Assembly (NCBI RefSeq): GCF_009834535.1
Contig: NC_045724.1
Location: 11,842,001-11,906,000, forward strand
DNA: 64,000 nucleotides
Direction of reading: 5' to 3'
DNA from: Camelus ferus
Lineage: Eukaryota
Positions 26,691 to 39,365 of this stretch are shown piece after piece; position 1 is the stretch's first letter; each line of letters begins with the position of its first letter. The notes beneath the pieces were generated by a model. That model saw only the letters and a program-made list of their open reading frames with translations, was not told the DNA's origin and searched no databases. The position numbers were made by a program, and so were the translations under genes.

Positions 26691-27090
26691 TATTGTTAAA
26701 AATGTATCTTCTTTCCCTCTACTCTCTCTCTGAAATTTCTACTCACATTACACACCCAAATAAAACAAAACAAACAAAACATAACAACCACACTGGAGAA
26801 TTTTTTTTGGCACTTGAAACTGAAGTTACATAATAGTATTTTGAAACAATATGGATCAGTATTTTATTTTCAAAGGCTGTATGTTTCTAAATAAAAGTAT
26901 TACACATATTCACATGTTTAGAGTAATATGTTGTGATTATATGGGAACTTTGAATTGGATGGATCTGGGTTTAAATCCTGCCTCTAACAACTTAAAAAAA
27001 GTTTTTTGAATCTGTAATCCAAGATAGTACTAGTCATGAGCTTCACAGTATTTTTGTGTGGATGAGAAAGATCATTCAATAAATGTTATC

Positions 27091-27125
<35 letters not shown>
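27091..27125. repeat. (TAT)n microsatellite, about 11 units
   Basis: Read directly: tattattatt...; adjoins a MIR-like fragment. Confidence 0.95.
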
Positions 27126-27126
<1 letters not shown>

Positions 27127-27521
27127 TACTATTACCATTCTATCATAGAAGCTTTATTAACGCTGTTGTAGCTTTACTAAATGCCTTATTTCACTTTGTA
27201 GTTTCACTCTTATTTCACTTAGCATTTTTAAGAAATGGGTTTATTTGGAGACAGTAATTTGATAAGCGTATCAGGTATGAAGTGAGTTAATTATTTATGG
27301 AGATTGTGCCTTTTATTTTGGAATAAATTCCACAGCCACTCTTGTTTTAAGAAGTGTGTTACAGACTCAGATTTAGTTTTATATAATTAAATACAAGCAT
27401 TTCAGCATTTTTTATTTAAATATTTTTTGAGGTGATTTGCCATCCCAACCACTTTAGAAAGTTAAGTAGCTCTCATTTCTACCTCAGAGAATGTGTCATA
27501 TGAAGAACTAGTGGTGTTTAA

Positions 27522-27770
<249 letters not shown>

Positions 27771-27900
27771 TTATCACGCAGTGGGATGCTGTCTTCACTG
27801 ACTTTTCAGGTTTATATTTTTCCTTTCTTTTTCTTTTTTCTTTTTTTGATATGCAGTATGTTGTGCAATGATTTACATAAAAATGGAAATGTAAATAGGA

Positions 27901-27906
27901 AATAAA
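27901..27906 (+). terminator. C8orf89: Candidate C8orf89 poly(A) signal AATAAA
   Basis: First AATAAA after the stop (~130 nt downstream), followed by T/GT-rich sequence. Confidence 0.55.
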
Positions 27907-29929
27907 TATTTTGTTATATACGGAATATGTTGTATTTTGTTAACCTTACAAAGAGATATTTAAGTTATTGTTTGTATGGTTTTTAGATGGGAACATAAGC
28001 ATAAGGAAAATTACATTCCATGAATTTTATGCACATTGATTATCTCTTTCAATTCCATTGAGAAATGTTATTTGAGTGGCTGTCTGTACAATGAGTTTTG
28101 CTAGAATCTGCAGAAGATGCAACAGTGAGTCCTTATTATTGGAGTTAGAAGGCACTCAGCAAGAACGCCTCCTTTTCCGTGCTTGAGTTTGAAAGCAGTT
28201 GTGAGATTAGTATTCAAGCAGAGGAAGATGAAAATATTAGCTTTGTTTCCTGATAAAAACTGGAAGGGAAATCTTGGCTTAGATGTGTGGCAACAAGGGT
28301 TTCCTCATCCCGAACTTCAGAACTGGGCAAATGTACCCAGCCAGGTACTGCTGACAGCCTCAGGCTCACCTGCTGAGTCAGGCCTTCACTGCCAAGCAGA
28401 GCAAGGCATCTCCACCGTGTAGACAGACAGACAAACCCCTGAGAGGAAAGGGGGCGAGGAGAGAGAGACTCGCTCTGCCTCTGCGGGGAGGAGGATGGTC
28501 TACGTCAAGAGGAAAACCCCTCTGCAGGAAAGCCTGTGGAGTAGGGGAGAAGTGTTTGTCAATACACCTTCCTGAAAAATGGGGAGAAATCAAGGATACC
28601 AGTGACTGATCCAGAGTGAGAAACAGGCCGGAAGAGAACGACAGAGGGTAGCAGAGGTTTAAAAACGAGGCAGTAACATCCAGCATGTTCATAGAAATCT
28701 TCATGAAGGGTGCAGTGTTAGAAGTGGGCCTCGAAGACAGGGAGGGTGGACTAGAAAGGTGGACTAACATAAACAAGGACATGCTGTGCGCTTGAGAATC
28801 GTGTACTTGGCTGGGCACTAGGGCGAACTTCATTTTAATCCTTGGGTGCGGTGGGAAACACCACACGAGTAGTGCTGTAAGCCGAGAAGGGCTCTCAGAC
28901 ACGCTCCCCAGTTTGGAAGGAGTTGAGGGGAATACAATTACCAATTCCTGATTTTCTTTTCAATCTTGGCAGAAAGGGTATAATTTTAATAAGATGAAAA
29001 GAGGCTTGCAGGCTGCTGACAACAAAGAAAATCACAGGCTACCGCTGTGTGTTCCCACCTTCTCTGGATCATCTTAAGGAATCGGATTAAGGAATCTGCA
29101 GTGAAGGGAGACACCGGTGTTCCCCACTGAGACACGGCTTTCCCTCTGGGGCACGGGGCGGGGAGACGAACCCAACTCGGATCCCCTTTTGATCATTGCT
29201 GACGTTAAGACGAGGGTGGTGGTGCAAATGTGTTAAGAAGGACTTTTCTAAGCATCCCTGAGCTCTGTGCCGCCAGGCTGGTGGCTCTGATTTCTTCAAT
29301 TACCTGTTCACAGTCGTAAACTTAGAGGAAGAGGAGTATGTCCCTATCTCCAGTTTTGAAAGATAATAGGTAAATGCTCATATCAGAGTTTAAATGTTGA
29401 TACACATTCTCTTAAATGAGCTTTTACATTGGCCCCCTTTCCCCCGCTTCACTAAGTAAAGGACCCCAGTGTCCAACTCTTGTTATTATTTTGGTTCAAG
29501 AAAGCAGAGAGAATCTAGGTTTCCTTCCCATACCCTCCTGGTGGCTTTCTCCTCCTTCCAATTTTTTTTCTTTCTTCACAGTCCTCCTGCTGATGCTTAC
29601 CACTGATGCAAGAAAGACATATACAAGTAGTGTACTTGAAATTGCCCGTCGCTGAGTGACTTACTATATCCTGCCTCTGTTTTGAAATCAGCAGCTTTCA
29701 CTGTTTCCTCCCCCACCCCGCGACTCCCTGAGTTGCCGAGGAAGTAGTACTCGAAGTCTGTGGGCAGTAAACCACAGGAGTTGTTAGATTGCTAAGAGGG
29801 AGTGATGTCTCCATGGAGACCTGTGAGCTGAGGTTGGGTCCAAAGCAGGTGACACTGAGATGATGCCCAGATGGGTAACTACCACTGCTGTTTGCCCTAG
29901 CAATGTTGGATACGAAGTATTTAACAATC

Positions 29930-30124
29930 ATTATTTCATTTATTCCTCACAGTGGCCCAATGAACCAGGTATTGTTATTATCATTATCCCCATTTTTCGA
30001 TGAGGCTCAGAGAGGTTAGGTAACTTTCTTAAGGTCCCACAGCTAGTTAATGGCCAGAACTAGTATTTGAACTTATGTCTGTCTTACACCAAAGCCCATG
30101 CTCTTAACCACTCTGCTGCACTCC
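29930..30124 (-). mobile_element. MIR SINE
   Basis: atccccattttt...tgaggctcagagaggttaggtaactt...aaggtcccacagctagt...catgctcttaaccact. Confidence 0.8.
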
Positions 30125-30125
30125 A

Positions 30126-30596
30126 GGATGGTCATATGGTTTTTATTCTTCAGTTTGTTAATGTGGTGTATCACATTGACTGATCTGAGAATATTGAAAA
30201 ATCCTTTATCCCTGGGATAAATCCCACTTGATCATGGTGTCTGATCCTTTAAATGTGTTGTTGAAGTAGATTTGCTGATATTTTGTTGAGGATTTTTGCA
30301 TCTGTGTTTATCAGTGATATTGGCCTGTAATTGTCTCCTTTTGTGATATCTTCGTCTGGTTTTGATATCAGGGTGATGGTGGCCTCATAGAATGTGTTTG
30401 GAAGTGTTCCCTCCTCTGCAATTTTTTGGAGTAGTTTAAGAAGAATAGGTGTTAACTCATCTCTAAACATTTGGTAGAATTCACCTGTGAAGTCATCTCT
30501 TCCTGGACTTTTGTTGGCTGGGAATTTTTAAATTACTGATTCAGTTTCATTACTGGTCATTGTTCTCTTCATATTTTCTATTTCTTCCTGGTTCAG
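30126..30596 (-). mobile_element. L1 ORF2 reverse-transcriptase N-terminal fragment
   Basis: ORF 30249..30470 reads [34 protein letters not shown]...[18 protein letters not shown], the classic L1 ORF2p RT-domain start. Confidence 0.92.
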
Positions 30597-30690
30597 GATT
30601 ATATGAAATCATGTGTATAAAACTTTTGAAAATTGTAAAGCACTATAGAATTTAAAGAACCTTCTATTTAATAAAAAATAAATAAATAAA
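30597..30690 (+). mobile_element. L1 extreme 3' end with A-rich tail, in opposite orientation and abutting the ORF2 fragment
   Basis: gattatatgaaatcatgtgt...gaaaattgtaaagcactatagaatttaaagaa...aataaaaaataaataaataaa; resembles a recalled laurasiatherian L1 terminus. Confidence 0.6.
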
Positions 30691-32789
30691 TTACAAGAGG
30701 AGATAGTGAAAAATAAATATGAAAACATAATTCCAATTCCAAGGAGAAAGGAAAATTAACATCCATTCCCCACCTTGACCCCTTCTATGACAATGGAGTC
30801 CATACTAGCCAAGGAATCACAGGGCTGGCCATTATTCTGGAAAAGGAATTTGTTATTAGCATATGGATGTGCGCTCTCAATCATTTTGTGGATTTTATTT
30901 TTCAATGCCCCTCTTTCATGTTCTTGAGTTCTTCCGGGACAACGTTTCTCCATCCTGCAGGATTACACATGGCCAAATTCATTTTCCATTGGATGACAAA
31001 TGGCATTTGAATTTGCAGAGCTGAAAGGGCAAGGCTGTTCTCTGTTAGTCAGCCAGGCTCCCTCACAGTGTCTCAGTCATGAGAATATGTTGGAATCCCC
31101 TTTGAGCCGCTGCCTCCTCCAACCCTCATGAATACCGAATTCTGCACTGACTTGGATTCCTAATTACTGACTCCATCCGAAGGAAGGGATCGTGCCAGGG
31201 GATTGACAAAATAATTTGCAGTGTACCCAGCACCATATTATTCATCCTGGGGCAGTTCATAGTCAACGATGACCCAGAATTTTGGAAAAGGTCCATTTCC
31301 TGATCCCTACATAAGAAACGTGTCTTGAGGGCTCTGCTCCAAACTGTCAGCCAGAGAACGCTATGTGAGAATCAGCCTCTTTGCCAGAGATGTGTCTAGA
31401 ATTATCGGAAGGGGAACAAAGACATAGTTCTATACCTCTAAAACACCAAGTGCAGAGAATTTAGAAGTTGCCAGTTGTAAAACTAGTTGTTATTCATCCT
31501 TTTGAGAATGCGGAAGACTAATTAAAGTGATAGTTAATGTGGAAAATAGAAACTGAAACATCTTATTTATTAATTTTTCAAAGTGCAGACTTCAGTTCTT
31601 TCAAAGTGAAAGGACCTAAACCTTTCCTTAAAAGGTTTTGGATTATATATCCTAATAAATTCATTTTAACTGGTCTGAGTCTGTTCTTTAGTCTTTAGAT
31701 ACATTCCGTGTGTAAAGATGTGGGAAATTCAGGTCAGTTCCTCACGTATTTACCGGCAGTCTACACATGCCATTCTCTGAGATGGAGGTAGGAGGTACTT
31801 TTCTTTACGGACTCATAGGTAGCAAGTCAGGCTGATGTACATGCAATGAGTCTGGAATTAAAGTTTTTAAAGGATGGTTATGAACATTTTGACTTATATT
31901 GGCCTAAGCACCATCACACCAATATTTGGCACCAGCAATAAAAGAATAATAATAAAATGAACCCTTTCCTTCCTTCTGCTTGATTGAGTTTGATTTGCTC
32001 TTTTGTCTCTAGTCTTTTATGTAGTGAAACTTGCATTATTGATTTGAGATCTTTTTTATTTGCTAATATAAGCATTTCATGTTAGAAATTTCTCTCTAAG
32101 AACTGCTGTAGCTGCGTCCCTCTAATTTTGATGTGTTACAGTTTCTTTTTCATCTTATTAAAAATATTTTCTAATATCCTTGTGAATTTCTTTTTCAACC
32201 AAGAATTCTTTAGAACATTGTTGTTTAATAGGAAGTATTTTAGTGATTTTTGTAGATGTGTTTCTGTCATTGACTTCTGGTTTTAACCTATTTTGGTCAG
32301 AGAACAGAGTTTTTGTATGATTTTAATTTTTAAAAAATTATTGAGGCTTTTTTTATGACTCAGAATATGGTCTGTCTTGGCAAATGTTTTATAAGCATGT
32401 CAACTGAATGTGTGTTCAGCTCTTGTTGGTTAAAATGTTCTCTAATTGTCAATTAATAATGGTCACTATAGTCTTGCTGATTTTCTATTTGCTCTATCAG
32501 TTGTTGAGAGAGCAGTATCAAAATCTCAGTTATAATTATATATTTATATGTATTTTTTCTTTTTGTCCAACCAGTTTATATTTTGAAGCTCTGTTAGGTG
32601 CGTGCCCATGAAGGGCTGTAACATCTTTTTAATGAATTGACCACTTTGTTAATGTTCAATGTCTCCCTTTATCACTGGTAATATCCCTTTTTTTCTGAAA
32701 TCCACCTTGTCTGATACTGACGTACCCACTAGTTTGAGCAGTAATTTCATGGCATATCTTTTTCTCCATCCTTTCATTTTTAACCAGTT

Positions 32790-32891
32790 TGTGTTTCCCT
32801 ATTTTTCTTTTTTAATGGAGATACTGGTGATTGAACCCAGGACCTCATGCATGCTAAGTATGCACTGTACCATGAAGCTATCACATACCCT
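32790..32891 (-). mobile_element. Camelid SINE (short form)
   Basis: gattgaacccaggacctcatgcatgctaagtatgcac, the reverse complement of the tRNA-like head. Confidence 0.85.
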
Positions 32892-33304
32892 TATGTGTTT
32901 CCCCATTTTTAAAGTGGGTTTCTAATGGATAGCATGTGGCTGGGTCTTGTTTTTTAATCCAGTCCGCCAATCTTAGCCTTTTAGTTGGGCTTCAGCTACA
33001 CTTGTACCACTAAGAGGGTCTCTTGGGTTTTCTCCAGTCTTTCTCATCAGCACTGGCTGCAGAGCATGGTAAAGAGCTTGTAAGCGAGTGCAAAGTTCTC
33101 TTGTGTCTACCTATTCCAGACTGATCAGCTAGCCCACACTGGCTGTTAAGAATATGTCAGAGCATTAGGTAATTTCTTTTTACTCACTGGCGGCCGCCAC
33201 CTCTCCCTTCCTTGCTCTGCCAAAGGTGAAGCAGTGTTTGTGTCCCATCTCTCCTCACAGGGCTTCAGTTAACTTGGTTGCCTTGTGACCTCAAGTCAGT
33301 GATT

Positions 33305-33463
33305 TTTTTTTTAATCTTTTTTTACTATTTAAAAAATTGGGGGGGGGGTAGTTAGGTTTACTTATTTATTTATTATTTTTAGACGAAGTACTGGGGATTG
33401 AACCCAGGACCTTGTGTGTGCTGAGCATGCGCTCTACCACTTGAGCTACACTACACCCTCCCC
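33305..33463 (-). mobile_element. Camelid SINE with 16-bp TSD
   Basis: Flanks cctcaagtcagtgatt (33289-33304) and cctcaagtccgcgatt (33464-33479), 2 mismatches. Confidence 0.9.
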
Positions 33464-33582
33464 CCTCAAGTCCGCGATTGGTCCAAGAAAAGTTATGATT
33501 TGTAGATTGTCTGCCATTTTCTCATTGTTGGGGAAATCTATGTTCTCTTGCACCCTAAGTGGAAGCAGATGCTTCCTGGGGG

Positions 33583-34180
33583 GATTTAAGTAACAGAGTG
33601 ATATTATCTGATTTACGTTTTTCAAAGCTCCCCCGGCTGCTTTGTGGAGAGTGCATTTTAGAAGGGTAAGAGTGGAAGTGGGGAGACCACTGAGGGGCCT
33701 AGCAAAGCAGTTTAGTCACAAGAGAATGGTGGTCTGGACAAGGCGGGTGCCAGAGGCGAAGGAAGGATTTGGGACACATATCAGAAGTAAAGTAAAAGGA
33801 TTTGATGATGGACTGAACGAGGGAGGACTCAGGGATGATTCCTGGGCTTAGTTTGAGCAATGGAAGGAATGTTGGGGCCACTTCCTGAGAGGGGAAAGTC
33901 ACGAGTTCTGTGTTGGACGTGTGAGGTTCCCGATCACGTGAAGGTATCAAGTCAGAAACTGGATGCTCAAGTCCAGAACTCAGAGGAGAGTTCCAGTCTG
34001 GCAATTCACCTGTGAGAGTTAACAGTGTAGAAATGATATTTAAAGTCCTGGGACTGGATGAGGTTACCCAGGGAAAGGAGGTAGATAGACGAGGTTGCCC
34101 ATTTGACAGAGGATGGAAGAGTGAGCATCCAGGAGACAGAAGCAATGGCCAAGGACACAGAGGAAAGACTTTCATAATCC
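33583..34180 (-). mobile_element. L2 (L2a-like) fragment
   Basis: ggatttaagtaacagagtgat...ggctgctttgtggagag...gatgattcctggg...ggatgaggttacccaggga, antisense L2 motifs. Confidence 0.75.
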
Positions 34181-36364
34181 CTTGAAGGAAGATTTTAATC
34201 TGGATTTGGTAGGAATCCAGGAGTCACAAAACCACTGTATTTCATTCAAGCAATAGTAACACTCTATTAACTCTTCAGATTATTCGGTAAATAAGACTGC
34301 CAATTGCTTCTGGAATCTTGGGCCCAGGATTCTTCACTGATACCAGGCAGGAGTCTACTACTGCTGCGGGGATCGGGGGAACACTCAGTTACAAAGTCCC
34401 TTGTAGTTCCATGCAGGTGTATCTTCTCGAAACTTCATTAAGCTTTCAGATCTTTAAATGTTTGCCTCTCTTTTCTCTCCCTCTGAGGCAGATGCTCCCT
34501 GGGCTGATGGGTCCTGGCTGCAGGACACAGATTCCTTCCTTGGTCTTTGCATGTGTTATTGTGAAATCTAATGCTTCTTCAGAGGAGACATGCTCTATTA
34601 AGTAAGAGAAATGTTCCTAAAGGAACACAATAATGAGGCTGATTAGATGGGTTTCTTTTTTTATTTTATTGGTGGTGACCTTTCTACTTAACCCTGAGAA
34701 TGTGTTGTTTTGAGTTTTAAAAATAAATCATAAAGCTCACATTTCTTTCATTGGGTCTCTGAATCACATACAGACTTGCCCTATGCAACAGGGTTTAAAA
34801 AGAAAAAAATTATTAGTGTGAGTTTGAATGTATTTTTCAGATCCTTGAGAACAATATTACGCCCCTCTCGAACTTTCTGATCTAAAGATTGATGAGACAA
34901 GCCTTACAGAGGAGGGTAAGTTTTTGATGGAAACCATCAATTCTATTTTTGTTGCCCAAGCAACTATAATAGGCCACCGCTTCAGCATGGACCTAGTATC
35001 CTGCACTCTAACCCAAGCCCCTGTCAGGAGACACTTTAGCAATGAATTCTGTTGGACTTCAGGGCACTGCTCAGTTCGCAAGTGATCATTTTTTTCCTCC
35101 CTGACAACACAAAACTTTGAAATTCATCTTGATCATTATCCCTCCCCTTGGCATCTAGCGTGTCATTTATTTCAGATAATTATTTCTGGGTAGTGCGGGT
35201 ATGTCTGTCATCTTATGCCATCTTGAGGACCTGAGTTCTCTCTGCTAACTCAATGGACCACCCTGCCAGCCTGGTGATGGATGGTGTCCACACGCACAAT
35301 TTTCCAGGATGGCCTTGCTTCTCCCCGCTGCGTCCTTCCATTCCTGCCCAGGAGGGGGAGCCGGTGATGCACCCGGTGGGAATGCAGCATGCGCGTTGCA
35401 GCCCGCGGGCCCACACCGGGAGGCATTTCCCACTTTTCGTCTTCGACAGAATCAAGAGGCTTCACTCATTCTTTTGTGCATTGCCCCTTTAGTATTTTAC
35501 TTTATTTGTTTGGGTTTATTGGGTGGTTTTCTTTTTTTCCTTAATCTCCGAGAGAAGTATAAATAATTAGAAGCAAGCTGAGATCACTGACAAAGTTTTA
35601 TCGCCTGGCTCAGCTTCTAAGAGTGCTGGCTGATGTCTGCATTTAAAAGAAAAGATGTTTTGGTTTTTATAGAAATCAGATACCAGATTGGTAGAGGTGG
35701 GTAAGGGGGGAAGGCAATTTCCTGCCCCATCTCTTATGAGCTCCTTGACTTTGTCTTGAACGTTGTGGAAATCTATTGCTGTCCCCAACGGTGTGCAAAT
35801 TCCCAAGGAGGCAGGAGAAAGAGAGTCCTCTGGCCCCCCCAGCCCCGCTTCTCCTGAACTGCCATCTGCAGGTGTTGTTTTCCTTCTGTGCTATGACCAC
35901 CCAGGCATGGTACTTAGCCCCCTTCTTTGGTGCACACACGTGTGCACACACATGTACACGCACAAACACACACAAAAAAACACTTGAACAAGACATGTGG
36001 GTGAGTTGCAGACTTCACAGGAGTGGAGGTAGATTTCAGGGCGATAGAACACTGGCCGCCACGAGGTGAGAACCTGGACACACAGGACCGAGAAGTTCAG
36101 CGGCAGCAGCAACATGATACTGTTTCCTACCAAGGAGCACAGAGATGTGCAGGACACGTTGAAGGGGAGGACAGCCTCCCACTCAGCCCCTAGGGGACTC
36201 TAACCAAGTGCAAGCAGACCCTCAGAACACTGCCCCCTGACGCTGTAGCAGACGCCCTAGCCTAATGGTGAGGGAGGCTAACAGCCGACAGCTGCCATTT
36301 ACAGTGTAAAAGTTGCTCTTAATCATCTCCTTTCCTTGTCACCCAAGTAAAGTACCGTGATTGT

Positions 36365-36460
36365 GAAGGAGAGAGAGAAAGAGAGAAGAAAGGGAGGAAA
36401 GAAGGAAGAAAGGGAGGGAGGGAGGGAGGGAGGAAGGACAAAAGAGAAGGAAAGGAAAAA
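36365..36460. repeat. Purine-rich (GGGA/GGAA/GA)n low-complexity tract
   Basis: Read directly; a similar tract is at 63912-64000 and a pyrimidine-rich tract at 16080-16190. Confidence 0.9.
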
Positions 36461-37129
36461 AACGTGAGCAAAAAAGGGGGTTGCCTTTGGGAAAAGCTGG
36501 GTGAAGGGCACAGGACCTGCGTCTGTACCATTGTTTGCAACTTACTCTGAATCTATAATCATTTTCAAATAAAAATAAAGGGAGGAGGAAATCCCATGAT
36601 TCCAACCCACAGACATCACCAGCATTACTATTGCAGCCTGTGTCTTTGCTTACGTGTGTCTATATGATTCGTTGTGATTAACAAAGCACAATGGCTTGAA
36701 TGGAATCTCATTACAGAGCAGGAGTAAGTCATTCTCATCAAATGTTTTGCCTTTTTATAAAGTTTCCAGCATTCCTCCATGTAAAGCTTTATCTAGCTCT
36801 GGATTGAGAGGACACCATCTGACATTGGGGTAAGGACTCTATTGCTTCAAGTAGACAAAATCTCCATAAGCAGCACCCTTACAGAGTTCTACCTTAAAAT
36901 GTCCATTTCTCCCAGGGTATGCTATCCTTCTCAGCTTCGCTCCAGAAAACACCCCTGCACTGAGGCTCCAGAAGCTTCCCATTTAGGTAGGAAACAGTCT
37001 TTATACAAAAATGCCTTGTATAGCCAATGAAGAATGACATTGTGAAACAAAATAGAATTATATAAAGAGATTTAAAAGAAATCCATCTCCTGAGCACAGA
37101 AGATGAAAAGGAAGATGTAGTGACGGGTG

Positions 37130-37610
37130 TGTGGGATGGGCCTTAAAGAAAGCCCGATATTACGTGCTGCCTTGACATCTGAAACCAGAGGGCTTAGAAT
37201 GCCCTAACCACAGGTTCTTCCCCACTCTGCTCCCACGGAATAGGCACCTTAGCCAAGCTACCCTCCACATCCAGGGACCAGGCACAGTGCCTGCTTATCC
37301 CTGGGTACTGAGCTTCAGTTCCCTGGCAGCCTGTGGAATTATTCAAACAAGTCAATCACATCCTCCCTTGGGAACCAGGGGACACCCCACCCTCTTGATA
37401 CTATAAAACCTGCCTCCACGGCCCCTGCTAGTTCACTCTGTTCCAGAGTGCGACCCCCGTGCAAGGTCCTCCTCCCCTGGGCTGGGAGTCTATGTGACCA
37501 ATAAGCCCCTGCCCATCTCATCTGTCCAGTGTTGGTGCTGAGTGTGTGCCTGTCCCCCAAACCCTAGGGCTCCTTCACCAACAGGGCGAAGGGCCAGCGA
37601 TGAGAAAACA
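37130..37610 (+). mobile_element. ERV1-class solo LTR (MER39/LTR54-like)
   Basis: TG...CA ends; gctgccttgacatctg, ccccactctgctcccacgga and ggaattattcaaacaag.caatcacatcctcc motifs; TATAAAA at 37402-37408; degenerate poly(A) signal AATAAG at ~37500. Confidence 0.75.
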
Positions 37611-37719
37611 GGACAGGTCTGCATCAGCCGGGGGAGCCTGGCCCATCTAAGGAGCTGCACGGCTGTGGGTGACGTGTTCCACCTCCCGTGTCTTCATCTG
37701 TGCGTGTCCAGAATAGAAG

Positions 37720-37761
37720 CTGCTGGAGCTGGTTGAGTCACTGCTGGAGCTGTTTGAGTCA
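37720..37761. promoter_or_regulatory. Tandem 21-bp duplication, each copy carrying an AP-1 site TGAGTCA
   Basis: ctgctggagctggttgagtca (37720-37740) and ctgctggagctgtttgagtca (37741-37761). Confidence 0.6.
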
Positions 37762-39246
37762 CTCCTGTCCGCTTGATTTACTAACACTTCCTCCTTTTGT
37801 AGAGCAAATGTCAACAAACCCAGGGTTTGCCTTTTGGGGGCTGCTCTGCAGGGGTGAGAAGGCGTCTGTCCCACCAGGGCAGGCTGGTGGCTGCAGGGGC
37901 CGGGGGGCCCCAAGGAGGCCGCCGAAGAGTTGGGCTGCAGGACTGGGCGTGACACGTGGATACGTCAGGACCGCAGGAGGAAGGCAGCTCATTATCCCCA
38001 CGCCTTGCTATTTTCTTGCGAAGGAGGTTTTTCCACATTAAACATGTAAAAGGGCATGGTCACCAGCATGCTTTTGTGTTCTAGGCATATTTGAGTAATT
38101 CATAACAGGCGTTTTATATCCACAGGGGCAAATAAAAGGAAAGGCTAGGAAAACAAGCTACCGAGATTATCTTTCCTTCAAGAACCAAAGGAATGAGAGT
38201 AAATAACTTCATTAAAGAAGAACGTGTCCTGAGCTCTGTTTGGAGATCATTGTTCCCATCTGTCCTTTCAGACCTTCATACTTTTTTGGTGGGGAGTGAG
38301 GGGGGCCTGCCTTTGACTGTTCACAATAATCCTATAAGGTGTAGCAGCAGCTTCATATTTATTGAAGATGAGAGGAAGCAACGCAGACATTGGTAATCTC
38401 AGGTGGCAGATAAGTTAACGGTACAGGCAGAAATAGGATGAGACACCCCCCTTCCCAGTTCCCTGTCACCATCTATTACAAGGGATGCACTTGGTTAAAA
38501 GGCCCTCTTAGATGGTGCTGATCTCAGCCGCCCTCAGAGACGGCAGGCAGAGATGTCACTGGGAGAAAAAGTGGGCTGCTATGCAGGCAGGGTCTCATGG
38601 ACTGGGGGTGCCTTGGGGTCACCTGGTCCAAGAGATGTGACCAGATGCGCCATTCTACAAACTGTTCAAGCCAAGTGCCGTATCTCCTGTTCACCAAACT
38701 CACAAGGACGGACACTTCAAGCAGATTTCCAATTTGTTAGCCCACGGGGAGACGGATAACTGCCAGGTGGCATGGATATGTGTGTCAGCTGTCTGATTTT
38801 CAGATGCATCTTCCGTTTTCATGTTTTACTGACACAGGGCTTCATTTTACAACCACTGTCAGCCAGACAGCAGCCCCGACATAGCTGGTGTTGCCTGCAA
38901 GTAGATGAATTTGGCTATTTCTTGTGACACGCCTAGAAGACTGCAAGCATTGGTGCTTCAGTCAAAAAACCAGTGAGGACCACTTGGGGGAAGAACTATG
39001 AGTCATGATCCTTGTCTGAAATTTCTGTTGACATCCATCAAGAAAGCGCTGGAATCAAAGCCTTCAGAATTAGTGTTGGCAGCTTGAGAAAACCTGGAAG
39101 AAAATCTGAGTGGATTTCTTAGTAGAACATTTTTATTTTCTCATAACATTTTATTTTGAAGATTTTTAAACTCACAGAAAAGTTTAAAAATTGTTTAATG
39201 AATACTTAGATCTTCTTCACCTAGAGTTTCTTGTTGATATCATTTA

Positions 39247-39365
39247 CTTTTTACTTTTTTTAATTGAAGTATAGTCAGTTTAAAAATGTGTCGCTTTCTG
39301 GTGCACAGCACAAGGCTTCAGTCATACACGAACGTACATATATTCATTTTCATGTTCTTTTTCAC
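39247..39365 (-). mobile_element. 119-bp 5'-truncated camelid L1 with perfect 17-bp TSD, nested in an old L1MC/ME 3' end (~39140-39600)
   Basis: cttgttgatatcattta at 39230-39246 and 39366-39382. Confidence 0.88.

Larger units (their letters stand above)
31960..33560 (-). mobile_element. Old L1 (L1MC/MD-like) ORF2 endonuclease-region and 5' end fragments, interrupted by two SINEs
   Basis: Antisense ORF2 motifs at 31960-33000; gccttgtgacctc..ggtccaagaaaagttatgatttgtagatt resembles an L1M 5' end. Confidence 0.6.

Noticed and set aside
28378-28944. 188-aa minus-strand ORF
   Set aside because: Overlaps purine-rich, L2-like sequence; the peptide has no recognisable domain; GTG/TTG-type start.
30960-31310. 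Protein-looking translation after a cag| acceptor (possible decayed exon or retrocopy)
   Set aside because: Stop codons occur at about random frequency in the frames I translated, and I recognise no homologue. A BLASTx search would settle it.
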